From Hyaloraphidium curvatum SAG 235-1 (Eukaryota; Fungi; Monoblepharomycota): a stretch of DNA of 64,000 nt. The translations under genes were made by a program, and so were the position numbers. Positions 13,925 to 27,236 of the stretch are shown in pieces. Position 1 is the first letter of the stretch; each line of letters starts with the position of its first letter. The stretch is taken from positions 558,001 through 622,000 of the forward strand of contig JAIVFI010000003.1 of assembly GCA_025558095.1 (NCBI GenBank), given 5' to 3'. The notes beneath the pieces are model-generated. The model was not told the DNA's origin. It worked only from the letters and a program-made list of their open reading frames with translations, and ran no database searches.

Positions 13925-14922
13925 GGCGGGTCGTCGGGGGGTGTCGATTCACCGATCTCTGATCACGAGGGGAGAGGGCGCTGCGGCGGGATCGGTGTCC
14001 CGCGATCGAACCGGCGAACGCGGCCCCGGATCAAACAGCGTGGGCGCGTGCCCCGCCCCTTCCGACAGTCTCATCGCGCGCGGAAAGGCCGCGCAAGGCA
14101 GTCCCGCCGCGGCGCGCGTCCGCCCGCACGGCGGGGAGGCGTCCCGCGTTCGAACCCGCCGACGGGGTCGCGGCACCTCGTCCGCCCGCAGGTTCGTGCC
14201 CGGACCGAATCTCAGCCCTCTTTTGGACCGCCGCTTCCGTGGGAACGCGCGGCAGTGTTCCACGCGCAGGGCGAACGGCGCGCAGTCAGAGGAGAACCGC
14301 TGTCGGGGTCCACGGTCCCTGCGTGGGCCGGCTTGTCGGCGCCTCGCACCATGCCTCTCTCGACCACGTCGTCGGCGCACAACTGCATGTGCGGCGCTAT
14401 GGATCGCGTTCTGACCCGCTCTTCCCTCCCCCCCAGGTACACCGACGCTCGCCCGGCGCGCGTGCGAAACCGCACCGCAGCACGAGTCGAGTCCGGCACT
14501 GAGGCGAAGGTGAGAACGCGGGAAAGGCGTAGAATCTGCGGCCTGCAAGGCCCCCGGAAATGTCGGAAAGCGACGGTGGCTTTTTCGCGGGGCCGGCGGC
14601 CACGGAAGCGTGTCTGCGCGACGGGTGGGCGCTGAGCGGTGCGAGAGCACGGCTGGTTACCTGGATATGCCAAATTCGTGCTGTCGATCCATGTGTGAAC
14701 ACGGGGAGGCACGACCGATGTAACTTCTCCGTTTTGCGGTGGGGTGGCGGTCCCGTGCTTCGGCCGGGCCGCAGGGGGGGAACCTATGCCGGATTCCGGC
14801 AGGGGTCACCTCAGGCATAGATTTCCGATTCTGCGCGGTGCTCGCGATGCGTGTAGAGGCATGGGAGGAATGGTTCCGACGCTCAACGATCCCTGCGTCC
14901 CTGCACAGCCTCATCCGCCGAA

Positions 14923-17590
14923 ATGTCGAGTCGCCCGAGCAGAAGCACGTCGAAGCGCAAACAGCAGGAAGACGCCAACGGTAAGATATGCTATGCAGGA
15001 ACGGCTTCCATCGCTGACCGGAGATCTCAGACCCCAACGCCAGCGCCAAGCCCAACGCCAAGGAGCCACGCCTCGGCAGCGCAGAGCCCAGAGGCGAGCA
15101 GGTCCAGGAACGTCAGCGGCCCAAGCGCAGGGTCGGCAAGGAACCCAAGGGTGCGTTTCCGAGTGCAACTTGTTGCGCAGCGTCTGTTGACCAGTCGTCG
15201 GGCTCCTCAGCGATCGAGGTCGAACCCCATGACCTCGCCCCGCAGAATCGCGACGTTGTGGTCGACGTCGATTCACGCTGGCTTCAAGCTGCTTCCGACG
15301 TGGAGGGGATGAAAAGCGTCAACGTCCTTCTACGCAAGCTCTCGGCGAGGGACGCACTTGGCGGGAAAATGCCGCCGCCAGTGATCTTTCTGTCAACAGC
15401 TCTGCTTGCTCAGTTCGGGGGCATCGAGGACGTCGAAGGCCTGCAAAAATGCATTTCTGTACTCGCAAACGTCCAGATCAAGTCCCTGGAACACGGCATG
15501 GGGGTATTCAACCGATTCATCCGCGAGGCCTGGTACCCTGCCGCAGCGGAAAAGAAGTTGACGTTCGAACACTCGAATGATTCCCTGTGGAACGTGCTTC
15601 TCTGCGCCGGTGTCACCGAGGCGGGCCGCAAGGCGCTGGTTGGTCGCACGGACGAGGCGGTCCGAACCTTCAAGGGCCACGAGGGCCTCCACGATGCGGC
15701 TCACAACCTGCCGAGCTCATGGAGGGACGGCTTCAACCCGAATCAAGGAATCTCGTCACTCCAATTTCAGTTCTCCAGTTCACTTTACCGCGGAGGCGGC
15801 ACGGCAAAGCAAGTGACGCTCTGCCTTTCGGCCGCCACGTTGAAACGGTTCAACACCGGTGTGGAAGAACCCCCGCAAGCCCTGGAGGACATCCTGCTAT
15901 TCCTGGCAAACGAATCCAAGGACATGGAAGTGCAGCTTGCTCTTGTGCAGCACGCCCTCGGGGTCTTCAACAAAACCGCGATTGCAGACGGAAAGACGTG
16001 GTCCTCGGAGGAGAAGCTCCGGGCGGCCGCCTTCCGTGCGATGATGTGCACGGACGAGGTGGTTCTCGGAAGGCTTCTGGTGGCAGTGACGGCAGGCGAG
16101 TGTTTTCGTTCGTGTTTAGACCGGTTACCGACCGAATGCCCGTAGCGCCCGCTCGGAATCCTACTGGCGGAAGCTGCGAAAACCCGGGATGTCAAGCTGA
16201 ACAAACCTCCAATCACTGGCACGAAATGAGACAGGGCGACGACACAATCCTAGTGTGCGGCGCCTGTGCACGTCATTTCTACGATTTCGAGGAGCTCCCG
16301 GTTCGGGATCCCGATGACGTCAAAAGGCTCCGCGCTCTGGCAACCGATCCACACCTGGCTGCGCAGCGCACTCGGGAGTTGATCGATAACCGGCCGAGAA
16401 CCGACAACTCCTCGGACTGCACGATTTGCGGCGGACAATTCAGAACCCGTGTGACTTTGGTGAAGACGTGGCCAAAGTCCGGCTCTGACGTTCCCGGGGT
16501 AATCAAGATGGCCGTGCGCCGAGGGCACGAGACCGCTGGCCTCGGCGAGGAGGGCACGGAAGTGCACATCAACGTCCTTTGCGCCACGAAGCTCTTGGGC
16601 GTCCAGTACGATCAGCTGCGGGACCGCCTGTTCCTCAAGGGCACGTGGATGTTCGGCACTGAGGCCCATCACTTCGCGAACTTCGCGCCGCCGCCAGACC
16701 TGAGGTCAGATTTCCCCGACTACTCCAACGAGATTCTCGATGACTTTGAGGACTCTCCCGAGGCGTTGATGAGGGAAATCGCGGCGTTCGCCGGTTGGAC
16801 TCGGACTCTGCCCGAGGGGTGGGAGGCGAAGCTTGCCACCGAGGACGGGTTGGAGGTCGGGGGGGTTTGCTGGCGAAGCAAAGATGCTGTCCTCTGTGCG
16901 CGCTTCGGAGGCATCTGGTTCGACATGAGTTTCGCCAAGGCGCGCGGAATCTCGGTGGCCGATGTCGAAAAGGACCGCGAGGAAGGCGCAATGGCGGGAC
17001 ACGCGAATCCCGCCGGCGCCTACGACGGCATGATGAGGCGCGGCTTCATCCCTTCGGCTGCGTGCACGTCGACCTGGTGCGGTATCTGGGCCGGCGCCTC
17101 GGTTGGCTACCTCCGAGTTTGGGATCCCGCCCGTGCAATATCCGCCGGTATCGGCCATTGCACCAGCAAGGCAGACCGCGCGGGAAACGTTTTGGACGGT
17201 GTGAACATTTGGGCACTTGCTGATTCGGAACGCGTGGTGATGGGCGAGGGCAAGGTGGCTCCGAAGGAGAGCAATTCGGGATGGGACTTTGACAAGTCGC
17301 TCAGGGGAACCTATGAGCACCGCGATTACGATGCCGAGGCATCTGTGAACGCGGCGATCAACGCCCAAGACCAATTCCGGGGCGGCTGCAACGCCGTTTG
17401 GGTCAGGCTGTGCGGGCAAGACTGCCTGCGTGTGCAGCAGGCTTGCCCCTCCTACATCTCGATCTGCACCGACGAGGGCCTTCGGGTCCTGGGTCTGAAG
17501 AGGGAGGACGCGGAAAGGGCACGGAAGGTGTGGGGTTCCTTCAGGATGCGGTTCTGTATCAAGCTTAGGAACCCGAGGCCGCAGTTCTGA
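14923..17590 (+). CDS. Orphan ~830-aa protein with a GATA-like zinc finger and Cys/His-rich C-terminus, 3 introns
   Basis: Introns at about 14981-15030, 15151-15194 and GC-AG 16096-16145; the junction at the second intron was not phase-checked. CENPGC-x7-W-x11-CGAC, then CTIC, CTSTWC, CGQDC. Confidence 0.6.
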
Positions 17591-17931
17591 ATACCAACGG
17601 CAGAGTACCAAACGGCAGCGTTGACCAGCTTGACGTCGACCACGTCCGCGACGTCTTGGGCCAGGCTAGCAGGTGGTCGCCAGTCAAGATTGCCGGAGAG
17701 AAGCCCAAGATGCGGCCCGTCCACCATAATCGTCATCTGATCCGGACATCGTTCAATGGAAGACCAACGAGATCGCGCAGGGCCAACGTCATTCTTATCT
17801 TCGAACAGTCCGAAAGAGCTCAGGACGCTTTGCCTTTTTGGAGTGATGGCGACACCGCTCCGAACACGCCCGCCGCCGCCTTGCGCTCCGCAAGCGCGAC
17901 ACAGCATTCGCTGCTGGTGTCGTGACGGCTA

Positions 17932-18698
17932 ATGGCCGTGCAGACCGAGGGTCCCGCCGAACCTCTTCTGAAGCCCGCGGAAGCGGCTCCTGCTTCTGTC
18001 CCTGGTCCAGTCGCCGCAACAATGACCAACAGTGCTGCGGCCGCCACGATACCCGGCGGATTCTTACAATCTGTCTCGGAAACCACCACGGGCATACTGA
18101 CACAAGACAGAATCTCTCTCTTGAAGAAGTACTCGAACGACTCGTTGGCGAAGCTGCGGGCCTGGCGGGACTTCTTCGACCGAACGAGGTTCTCCAAGCC
18201 TGCAAACCTGCAGCAGGTTTCGACCCGGGTCAACTTCAACCTCCAATATTTCCAGAGCAACTACCTCCTCATTATCCTGGGACTGCTGATATACACGCTC
18301 ATGTGTGTGAAGCTCGCGGTGATCCCGGCCAGCTGTTGACGTCCCTGTTCTGCCAGCACGAACCTCTTCCTCACCCTGACCCTCGTCATCCTCCTCGTCT
18401 CTATCTTCAACATCTCTCGGATGACGCCCAACACGCACACTCCCATTTTCGGGACCCGGCTCGTCCTCACGCAGCAACAGGCCTACGTCATTCTTGGCGT
18501 TTGTGTCATCCCGCTGCTGTGGATCTCTTCTGCCGGCTCTGGTTAGTAGCAGCGCGTGCCGGCATTGCTGACGGTGTTAACGGGCCCCTATTCTCGTCAG
18601 CCATCTTCTGGATCATCGGTGGCGGCTCCTTTATCATTCTTTCTCACGCGGCGCTGCTTGAGCCCACAGTGGAGAGTGGATTCGAGAATCCGGTCTAA
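17932..18698 (+). CDS. YIP3: Prenylated Rab acceptor PRA1/Yip3, multi-exon
   Basis: LRAWRDFFD..RFSKP...RVNFNLQYFQSNY, FWIIG..IILSHAALLEP. Confidence 0.92.
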
Positions 18699-18902
18699 GC
18701 GGTCGGCTGAGGCTCGGTGTTGGGGCAATACTTCGGACATGTGCTCATTGGCGAGGCGGATCATCATTCCCGTACTGTAGTCCTCCTATAGAACGTCTTT
18801 CCATTACGCTGTGATATCTTTCGATCGAGCAACATACATCAGAAAACAATCAAGACATACAGCTTCCTCCGACACCACGCCGCAGCCTCCTCCGAAGCAA
18901 CT

Positions 18903-21900
18903 TCACTTCGCAATCCCCTTGTCATCCAGCGCCTTTGCGCTGATTGCAGCGATCCTGTCCTTGAACGCCTTGCCCACAACCGCCCGGTACTGCCCGATCG
19001 TCTGCACGAGCTCCCCCACATCCTTGGCGTCCTGGGCCGCGAGCCAGTACTGGTCGCGCAAGGTCATGGCGTGCACTGAGTCGGCCTGACCCGGCGGGGT
19101 GGGAAGCAGCACCAAGCGAGCAAACTGGTCCACGCGTTCGTCCGACCACCCGCGGCCCTCGGTTTTGCGCCGCGACTTGCCGCGCAGCTCGTCCTGCGGG
19201 AGCACCAGGTCGGGCTCCGATTGTGGGGCAAGCGGGACCTGCTGCAGCTCCGCGATCGCACGCTCCGCGTCCTCGCCCTCGATGCCCACGGCGGCCAGCG
19301 CTGCGCGGCACCGTTCCACCACGGCGGCCGAATCGTCCCGGTAGAGCGCCTCGCTCGCCGCGAGCCGGCCTCCGGTCTTGTCGATCGTCTGGTAAACGTC
19401 GTAGCTCACGCCCGGCGGGATCGGTTCCAGGTTAGACGGCGTCACGCAGGTCATGTCCACCTCCTTGCGCAGGCAGTGGTCAATGTCCACGGCCGAAAAG
19501 AACGCCACCGACTGCGCGAACTTCGGTGAGGAACGCAATGTTAAAGCAGAGGGGTTCAACGTACCAGGGGAAGATCGTCGATCCCGCAAGCGCTGGCAAA
19601 CATGGACCTGACCCAAAGGTTGGAGATCTGCAGCGCCAGCGCGGCGCGGTGCTGGTCCTCCTCCGTCACGAGGAACCGCAGCTCGTCGTGGATGGTGATC
19701 ATGAGGCGGCAGTTGATGCCGAACCGCTTGGAGACGTACTGCACGCTTGCAAGGAGCATGTGCAGGTAATCCACGCCCGAGGACTGGACGACCCAGTTGA
19801 CGCGCGACGTCAGATACTACAGCGACGGGGCGGTTGCTGAGCCTGGGGACCAGTCTGCATGCAAGCGAATGGGCCCACCTGGTTCTTAACGTTCTCCGGC
19901 AGAAGCGCGTTCGGGATCTCGCAACCCAGCACCGGCGTCTTGGGCTGTGCGTCCGCTGCGACCTCCTCCATCTGGTTGAAGAGGAAGGACTCGGTGCCCC
20001 CGAAGTGGAATTTACGCAGGAACGGGTTGCCCGCCCCCTGCCCCTTGAGCTCGAACGACGATGTCTTGCCCTTGGTGCTGGCGAACAGCGCCGACGCCTT
20101 TTCCATAGCCCCCGCCTCGTCGATATCCGGGTTGAACTGCATGAGCAGCTGCCGCGTGTGCTTGAGGCCAGCGCCGTAGATGCGCGAGTAGTTGAAGATC
20201 TTCGCCTGGTCTCTCGAGATGCCGAGAATCTGAGCCGTGCGCGAGTGCACGTCCGTCCCCTCGGCTTTGGTCCCCTGCAGCGTCATCCACCCGATGGCCG
20301 TGCCGCCGTGGATGCCGACCTGCTTGTCGCCGAGCAGGCTGGCGATCCACAGCTCCTGCGAGTCCACGTCGGCGCCCACGATCTTGTACCCCTCGGGCGC
20401 CGCGATCTGCGCCTTGAGCTCGGACCCGATGCGGTTCTTCTTGGCGTTAGACGCCGTCATCCACGTCTTTTCCACCGCGCGGCGGGTGACTGTGCCCATG
20501 GCCACGACCTGCGGCACGATGGCGCCGCCCTGGTTGTCCGGCCGCAGCGGGTACCCGAGCTCGCTGCGCGAAGGATCGTCCGCGTCGGGCACGGACGAGC
20601 GGATGACAAACTGCTCCGCGACCCGCATCCGGTTGCCGAGCCAGTAGGTGCACTCGGCGTTTGTCCGCAGGATCGTCTTGGCGTCGGGGTACTCGCTCGA
20701 CAGCACGCCGTCCTCGAAGGCCTGGATGAAGGCCTTGCTCAGCGGGTTGCCCACGTTGTTGCCCTCGCCGTCCTTGTGCGGGATGCGGATGTAGATGTGG
20801 TCCGTGTCCGCCGCGGCCACGGGATCGAGGACGTGGCCCGAGGGGCGGTTGTCGGGGTCGGCCGTGAAAAGCACCGGGACGCCCTTGCCGGCTCTCTCGG
20901 ACTCCTCCTTCGGCACGCGGTAGGTCCACCCGATCTCGGAACAGTAGTAGAGCGGGAAGCCGCGCCACTGCAGTCGCAGCAGGTACGGCACGCAGCGCTT
21001 GCTCGTCGTGAGCCGGATGCGCTTCTCCCCCGCGTCCCACAGGTCCGCGTACCACCGCGGCTTGCCGTTGGTAGCCCGCTGCTTCGGCGTCGGAGACGAC
21101 GTGGCCTTTTTCGGGACCACGGGCTCCCAGTCCAGGTTGCGCAGCCACGGGTCGTCCTTCCACGAACCGTCGTCCATGTGGTCCCGGATGGCCGTCTCGG
21201 CGAGGCGGACCAGGGTCGCCTCGATTTCCGCCGCGCGAGTGCGGTACGCCTCCTCTGAGCGCTCCCCGTACTGCTTCCAGCGCGAGTCGGTGGGCAGGAA
21301 GGCAGACCCCATGCTGAGCATGCCGGCGAACGAAACGGGGTGGGGGCACTTCTCAAGGAACTTTGGCAGGACCACCTTGTACACCTCGTGCGTGGTCAGG
21401 ACGTCGGTGGCGCAGTACTTGAAGAGGGTCTGAAAGTCCTCACGCACGTCCTCGAGGCTGCCCGTGACGAACACGTCGCGGGGCGCCTTGTCGAGCTTGC
21501 GCTTGAGGTAAAGGTTCGTGACCCACTCGAGCGAAGACATGGCGGACGTTTCGATCCACGCCAGCGTGGGGTCGGAAGGGCTCGGAGAGCCCTCGAGAAG
21601 GGTAAACTCGGCGTCGGCGGGCGGCCCGCCCTCGTCGAGCTCGGGAACCGCGCCGGCCTCCTCGCCCGCCAGCGCGGCCGCCGCGTCGGCCGCCGCGCGT
21701 TTCTGGTAGGCCAGCCAGATGCCGCGCTGCTGGGACGACAGGCCGCCGACGGCCGAGTGCAGCGACATGGTGTCGACGAAGCGCGTCCGCGTGCCGTCCA
21801 AATGGTACTCTTCCCAGGTCCGCGCGCGGTCGTAGCCCACGTTGTGGCCCACCACAAGCCGCTCGGTCCTGCGGTCGCCCAGCGAGATGAGCTTGGCGCG

Positions 21901-22704
21901 CAGCGGCAGGTCCGCGATGGCGTCGTCTTCGGCAAACAGGCAGGGTGACACCCAGCCGTACCAGGCCTCTGAGCTCGCGGCGCAGGCCATGACGGGCAGC
22001 GGGCCCTCGAGCACGACCGTTTCTACGTCGAACACGATCTCGCGCTCGAGCGGCGCTTCCACGGGCTGGGACGATCCGTCGGGCAGGTACCGCGTCCAGC
22101 CGGGCCTCTTGCTCCAGCGTTCGGGCATCGGGGGCAGGTCCGCGCCGGCCAGCCTCGAGGCCATGGCGCGGTACGGCATGGCCTCGTGCATGCCGACGGC
22201 GTGCATGTGCTCGGCGATCGAGTTGCCCAGCAGGGGCGGCAGCGCCAGGTCGACCGCCGGCACGCGCGAGGTCTTTCTGTTCTCGAGGCCGTGGCGCCTC
22301 AGGTGCTTGCGCGACGTGTACACCTGCTCGGGGTGCGGCGCGCGGCGCGGCGGCGGGAACAGCTGCGAATGCAGCGCCGGCGGCAGCATCTGGATGCCGA
22401 CGTGGTTCGTCCGCAGCGCGGGGTCGGCGGCCTCGCCAACGACGGCCTGCGCGGCAGCCTGCTTCGTCGCCTGGTCCGTCCCCGCCTTAACGCCTTCTTT
22501 TGCTTTTGTGTCCCGCGGCTTAAGCTCCGGAGCCTTTGGCGGCGGCGGCCTGGGAGGCGAACGCGCCCGGTCGGGCGGCCGCGGCGGCAGGCGCGTCTGC
22601 TTCCCCGGCAGCGCGTCCTGTCGCCGCCGCTGCGCGACCACGGCGCACGGCGCGCCCACCGCCCGCCGCAGCGGCGCCAGCGGCACGGAACGGGGAAGCC
22701 GCAT
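18903..22704 (-). CDS. MIP1: Mitochondrial DNA polymerase gamma, multi-exon
   Basis: [79 protein letters not shown]. Confidence 0.97.
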
Positions 22705-23120
22705 GGTGCTTCGGGGGACGCAACTCGGTTGTGCTGCGGACGATCAGCGCTGGTCCGGAGTCGGGCGGCCAACCAAGTCTAGGCAAGGCGGGCCCAGGGA
22801 AGAAGTCACCTACTTCCTGAGGAAATCAAAGTGCCTTACTTGCAATCCGCGTGATGCCGGTGTCCGTCGGCTGTCCGATCCCCTCGTGTCTCTCCGTCTC
22901 TCCCCGAAGAAGTGAAGGCCTGCAGTGTCCGCTCAACCCAAGATCTGGGCCTCAATTCCGAGGGACATGCAGTCAACTGTACCTCAGTGAAGCTGCAACG
23001 GTGGGAAAACGCGCCTTCCATGGTTCGAGTGACGCCTCCACTCCTGAAGTCGTCGCGGCCCCGGGCAGGGCCCGTCGTCCCACCGATCGCCGTCCGCACC
23101 GCCTTCCGACGCGTCCAACG

Positions 23121-24073
23121 ATGCGGCCACCCGTCTCCCTCCTCCGCCCGCTCTCGGGGCGCCCCTTCTCGTCGGCCCCCCTCGCGCGGCAGGCCCGCCC
23201 GCCCGCGCCCGCGGACCACGAGTACAAGGCGCAGCACGAGGAGCGCCCGCCCGCGGACCTGTCGCAGTCCTTCGCGGGCATCTCCGAGTCCGCGTTCCCG
23301 CCCGAGGCGACAGAAGTGCTGCTGGCGGAGGTAGACGCGGTAGACGTGGAGGTGCTGCCGGGTACTTTGGGGCTCGTTCTCGCGGCGAGGCAACGGACTG
23401 ACGCCGGCGCGCTTCCCGCCAGACGGCGTGCCGTACCTGCCGGAAATCAAGTACCGGCGGATACTGAACAAAGGTGGCGCGCGTTTCTCGCCCCCTGAAG
23501 GCCGCATCTGATCCCACTCGTTCGATCCAGCCTTCGGACCGGGCGGCTGGGCGCTGGTGCCCCGCAGCCGGCATCGGATCACGGACAAGACCGTGGAGCG
23601 CGAGTACGCGCTGTTCTGCCTTGGCCGCTTTGTTAGCCAGGCCGTCGGCGACGCCGCGTGGGTCTCCCCGCCGCCTCCTCTTCCCTTCCAGCCCGCTCAC
23701 GCCCCGTTCCCTCAGATACTTCGACAAATCCGGCATCGCAACCGCCACCGAGGCCGCCAAATCCAAGGCCCTCATGCGCACCTGCAAGGACCTCGGGGTG
23801 GCGTCGCAGCTGTGGGACCCGCTGTGGGTGCGCGCGTTCAGGGAGAACGAGTGCGAAAGGGTGGCGGTGGAGCACGTGCGGACGAGGCAGCAGAACCGGG
23901 TGTGGAGGAAGAAGGGCGGGGAGGTTGGGTACCCGTGGGAGGAGGTCAAGGCGGGAGCATCGTCGGGGGGCCCGAGGACGTGGGTTTCGGGGACTGGGAC
24001 GAGGACTTTCGGAACGTCGGGCACGGGCTACACGGGATCTGCAGGGGCAGCGAAGACCTATTACAAGAAGTAA
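23121..24073 (+). CDS. MGM101: Mitochondrial genome maintenance protein Mgm101 (Rad52-like), multi-exon
   Basis: Mitochondrial presequence-like N-terminus, YLPEIKYRRILNK|AFGPGGWALVP, ALMRTCKDLGVASQLWDP. Confidence 0.95.
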
Positions 24074-25319
24074 GGCTGTTGGGGCACTGGCTATGTACTC
24101 TTGCGTGGACCGGGAAATGAGAGATCGGTTGAGGAGAAGTTGGTATTGGGCGCTACAATTCCGGTTCGAAACGACGCAGCAAGTAGGTCGTGTCCAACGA
24201 CGGATCTGCTTTCAGACCGCCGCCAGCTTTGAGCTTCGAAGCGTAATGGGCAAGCCGTGATCAGAGCGATGTTGATCAGGCGCCGTCAGCCCAAACACAC
24301 TCCCGCAACACACGCTCCCACGGTTTTCCATGGCCGCCGTGACTCCCGCTCGCGCCTCAGCAAGGATAGAAAGCGAATGAAACGGATTGTAATGCGGCCG
24401 CCCCGTTTTGGAGCCGGAGGGGGATTGGGGGATCCGCGGTTCCAAATGCTGTTGTCCCCGACGGCCTCGGCTCCCGAAACTTCAATCCCGCTGAGCTGAA
24501 CACGAATGCGCGGCACCCGGATTTTAAACATTTTTCTGAGGTGATCCGGGGGTCGATAATGGGTTCCGCTCGGTGGAATGTCCGGATCAGGCCCGCCGGT
24601 TCGTTGAACCACCTCTCGGGGAGAAATTGCAGCACACAAGTTCTTTCGGCACGTTTCCAGCTTTGGTCACGGTTTAGAATTGGCCTCAAATGGCTTGGGC
24701 ACCGCGGATCCGCTCCCTGCCTTGATCTGCCGACGCTCGCTGCGCGCGAGTTGGATTCCGGAACGAATACTCTTCTTGCAACCACGGAAGACAAAGCATG
24801 GGCCATGGAGCGCCAGAATTTGCTCATCCAAGACGGAATGTAAAGCTGACGTGACTGTTGGGCTCCAGTTCCTCGGTTGACGAATTCGGAGCGCCACGCC
24901 ATCGGTCCGATGAGGCTTCTCGGCCGAGTGGAGCTCCAGAAGCCAGCCGCTCGCCGGCGGAGCGTGGCAAGATGCCCAGGAGACTCCAGCGCGTCGAAAG
25001 ATCCGGGGGGAGGCCCGGGAATCCTGCGGGCACCCCGCCGCTTCCCGGCGCCGCGCCGCCCCCGGCGGTGCCTCCCTGAGGCTCGCAGAGGTCCCGCGAC
25101 GACCGAGCGGAGCGACCCTCCAGGACCGCGTGCGAGGCCAGGGAGCAGCAGAGGGGCCGCGTGACCTAACCTAGCGCTCCGCAAGGTACATAAGGCGGCG
25201 GCAATTGAAACTGAGAGAATTGCACTCGACACCGCAAACACTGCCCCGGCTCTTCGCGCCGCAGCACCCGTGCTTTGCCTCAACGTGTCCTGTGCTCCGA
25301 GTTCCAAGCTCGAAACAAC

Positions 25320-27236
25320 ATGCTCAAGCAGGCCCTGCGCAGCGCGCAGCGCTTTTTCACCGAGGTGAGGCCCGGCGGCGGGTGCGCCACTTTTCCCTCT
25401 GACGCCGTCCCGCCCTCCCCAGTCGATACCCGAAGCTGCCGAGACGGTCATCGACTCCTTCAAGGCCATTTTCGCCGAGGTGGGTGTCGCCGCCGGGGAT
25501 ATGCGAGGGCGAGTGCACCCTTTGTTGACACCTCCCCCCGCCACGTCGCAGATGAACGACGACTCGCCCGCCCAACCCGAGGCCGCCGCCGCCGTCGCAA
25601 GCATTGATACCCCTACGGAGGAGCAGGTAGGGCGCATCTGAGCCTGCGCTTCTCGCCCGCAGCCGCTGACCTAGTGCCACCTGTCACGCAGACCGCAGTC
25701 GTCGCCCCCGTCCAGACCATCGAGCTGCCCAAGGCCGCCGAAGTCTCTGCCATCATACCCATCGCTTCGATCGTCGCTCAGGTGCGTCGCTGCCTTGCTT
25801 CGATGGAAGCCATCCCTGACATGCGTCTCCACTTCAGCCGTGCACCCAGACCGGCATTGGCATCGTCAAGATCCTCAAGGACAACTCGAACACGCAGACG
25901 TTCCCTGCGTTCGAGCCCAAGGACATCAAGGACTCCGTGTCCGACGGGCTCGCGCTGGACGAGGTGGTGAGTTGCATGCGCAGTCCCTCGACGATGCATT
26001 TCCTTACCTTTGCGCTCCTTGCAGATCATCCCGACTCGCCTGCACTCGCTCAAGCACCTGCGCGAGTCGATCGAGCTCAGCACCGCGAGCATCGAGACCG
26101 ACGTCGCCGAGGACGCCCTTTCCAAGTGCGAGACCGACAGCACCTACAGCGCCGTCTCGGACATCTTCAACGACTACGCCCTCGACATCAAGCTCGCCTA
26201 CGCCATCGAGCCCATCATCTTCACCGACAAGGACGAGCAGAACGCCTCCGCCGTCGCCTCCGTCGTCGACCTCTACGCCGAGCCGGTCGAGCAGCCCGCT
26301 CCGGAGCCGGCCGCTGCGCACGACATCAAGCCCGCGGCCGAGCCCGAGGCGGACCAGCTGCAGATCGAGGCATGGGCCACCCTCGGCCTCGACGTCACCA
26401 GGGACGGCGCCGTCGACGCCTACTCCGACTCGGACTCGACGGCCGCGCCCAGCCCCACCTCGACCGCCTCCAGCTGCGGCTCGGACGACACCGTCAACAT
26501 CATCGACCAATGCCGCATCAGGTTCGAGATCCTCAAGGCAAAGGTCTTCAAGCCGCGCAAGGCCGCCCCGGCTCTCGCCAACCCCAAGAGCCCCGCCGCC
26601 CTGGCCATTGCCGACAACATGCTCGAGGTCTTCTCCGCCCCCTTTGAGCAAGGTGGCGCCTTCGACAACTTCCTCACCGTCCTCGCCTCGATCGAGGAGC
26701 TCGGCAAGACCAGGAAGGCGTGTTACTTCGACGGCCGGGCCCGCGAAGCCCTGGCCCTGCTCAAGACCCTCCGGGGCGTTCGGGACTGGCTCGCCTCGTC
26801 GTCGGGCTACGTGCGCCGCCTCAGGGCCGTGCACGATGCCATGGACGGCATCACGAGCGTGGCCTACGCCTTCCTCGAGAAGGTCGAGCAGCACCAGATC
26901 CAGCTGCGAGGCTTCGCGAGGCAGGTGGACCAGGACATGGGCCGGGCCTGCCTGCGGGTCGCGGACGCGCTCGAGGGGGTCAGGACCGGCCTGAGGACGC
27001 TCGTGCGCGGCCTGGTCGTTGTCATCCAGCAGATCAAGATGGCTTGCGGCAAGCGCGTCCTGTCGTACCGCTGGCATGGCCTGCGCGACGAGCACATTGT
27101 CAGGCTCCTCCTCGCCGTGGGGGACCTGAGCTGCTTCGTCGAAGGCGGCAGCCTCGAGTCGGAGCAGGAGATTGTGCGCAGGGGAGACTGTTTCTGGGAC
27201 GCCGAGGCCTACGTTCCCGGTGCGCTGCTCGCGTGA
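25320..27236 (+). CDS. Hypothetical acidic/helical protein, multi-exon
   Basis: Several short exons with GT-AG introns lead into a ~1.2-kb exon with strongly C/G-ending codons. No family recognised. Confidence 0.65.

Larger units (their letters stand above)
11690..17900. mobile_element. Putative ~6.2-kb insertion or accessory segment carrying orphan genes and gene fragments; no transposase recognised
   Basis: Bounded by the two PRA1 5'-end copies. Contains only unrecognised ORFs and fragments, unlike the conserved flanks. Confidence 0.4.

Noticed and set aside
11690-17900. Classical transposon (DDE, tyrosine recombinase, RT, Helitron)
   Set aside because: No catalytic motifs, terminal inverted repeats or LTRs could be identified by eye.
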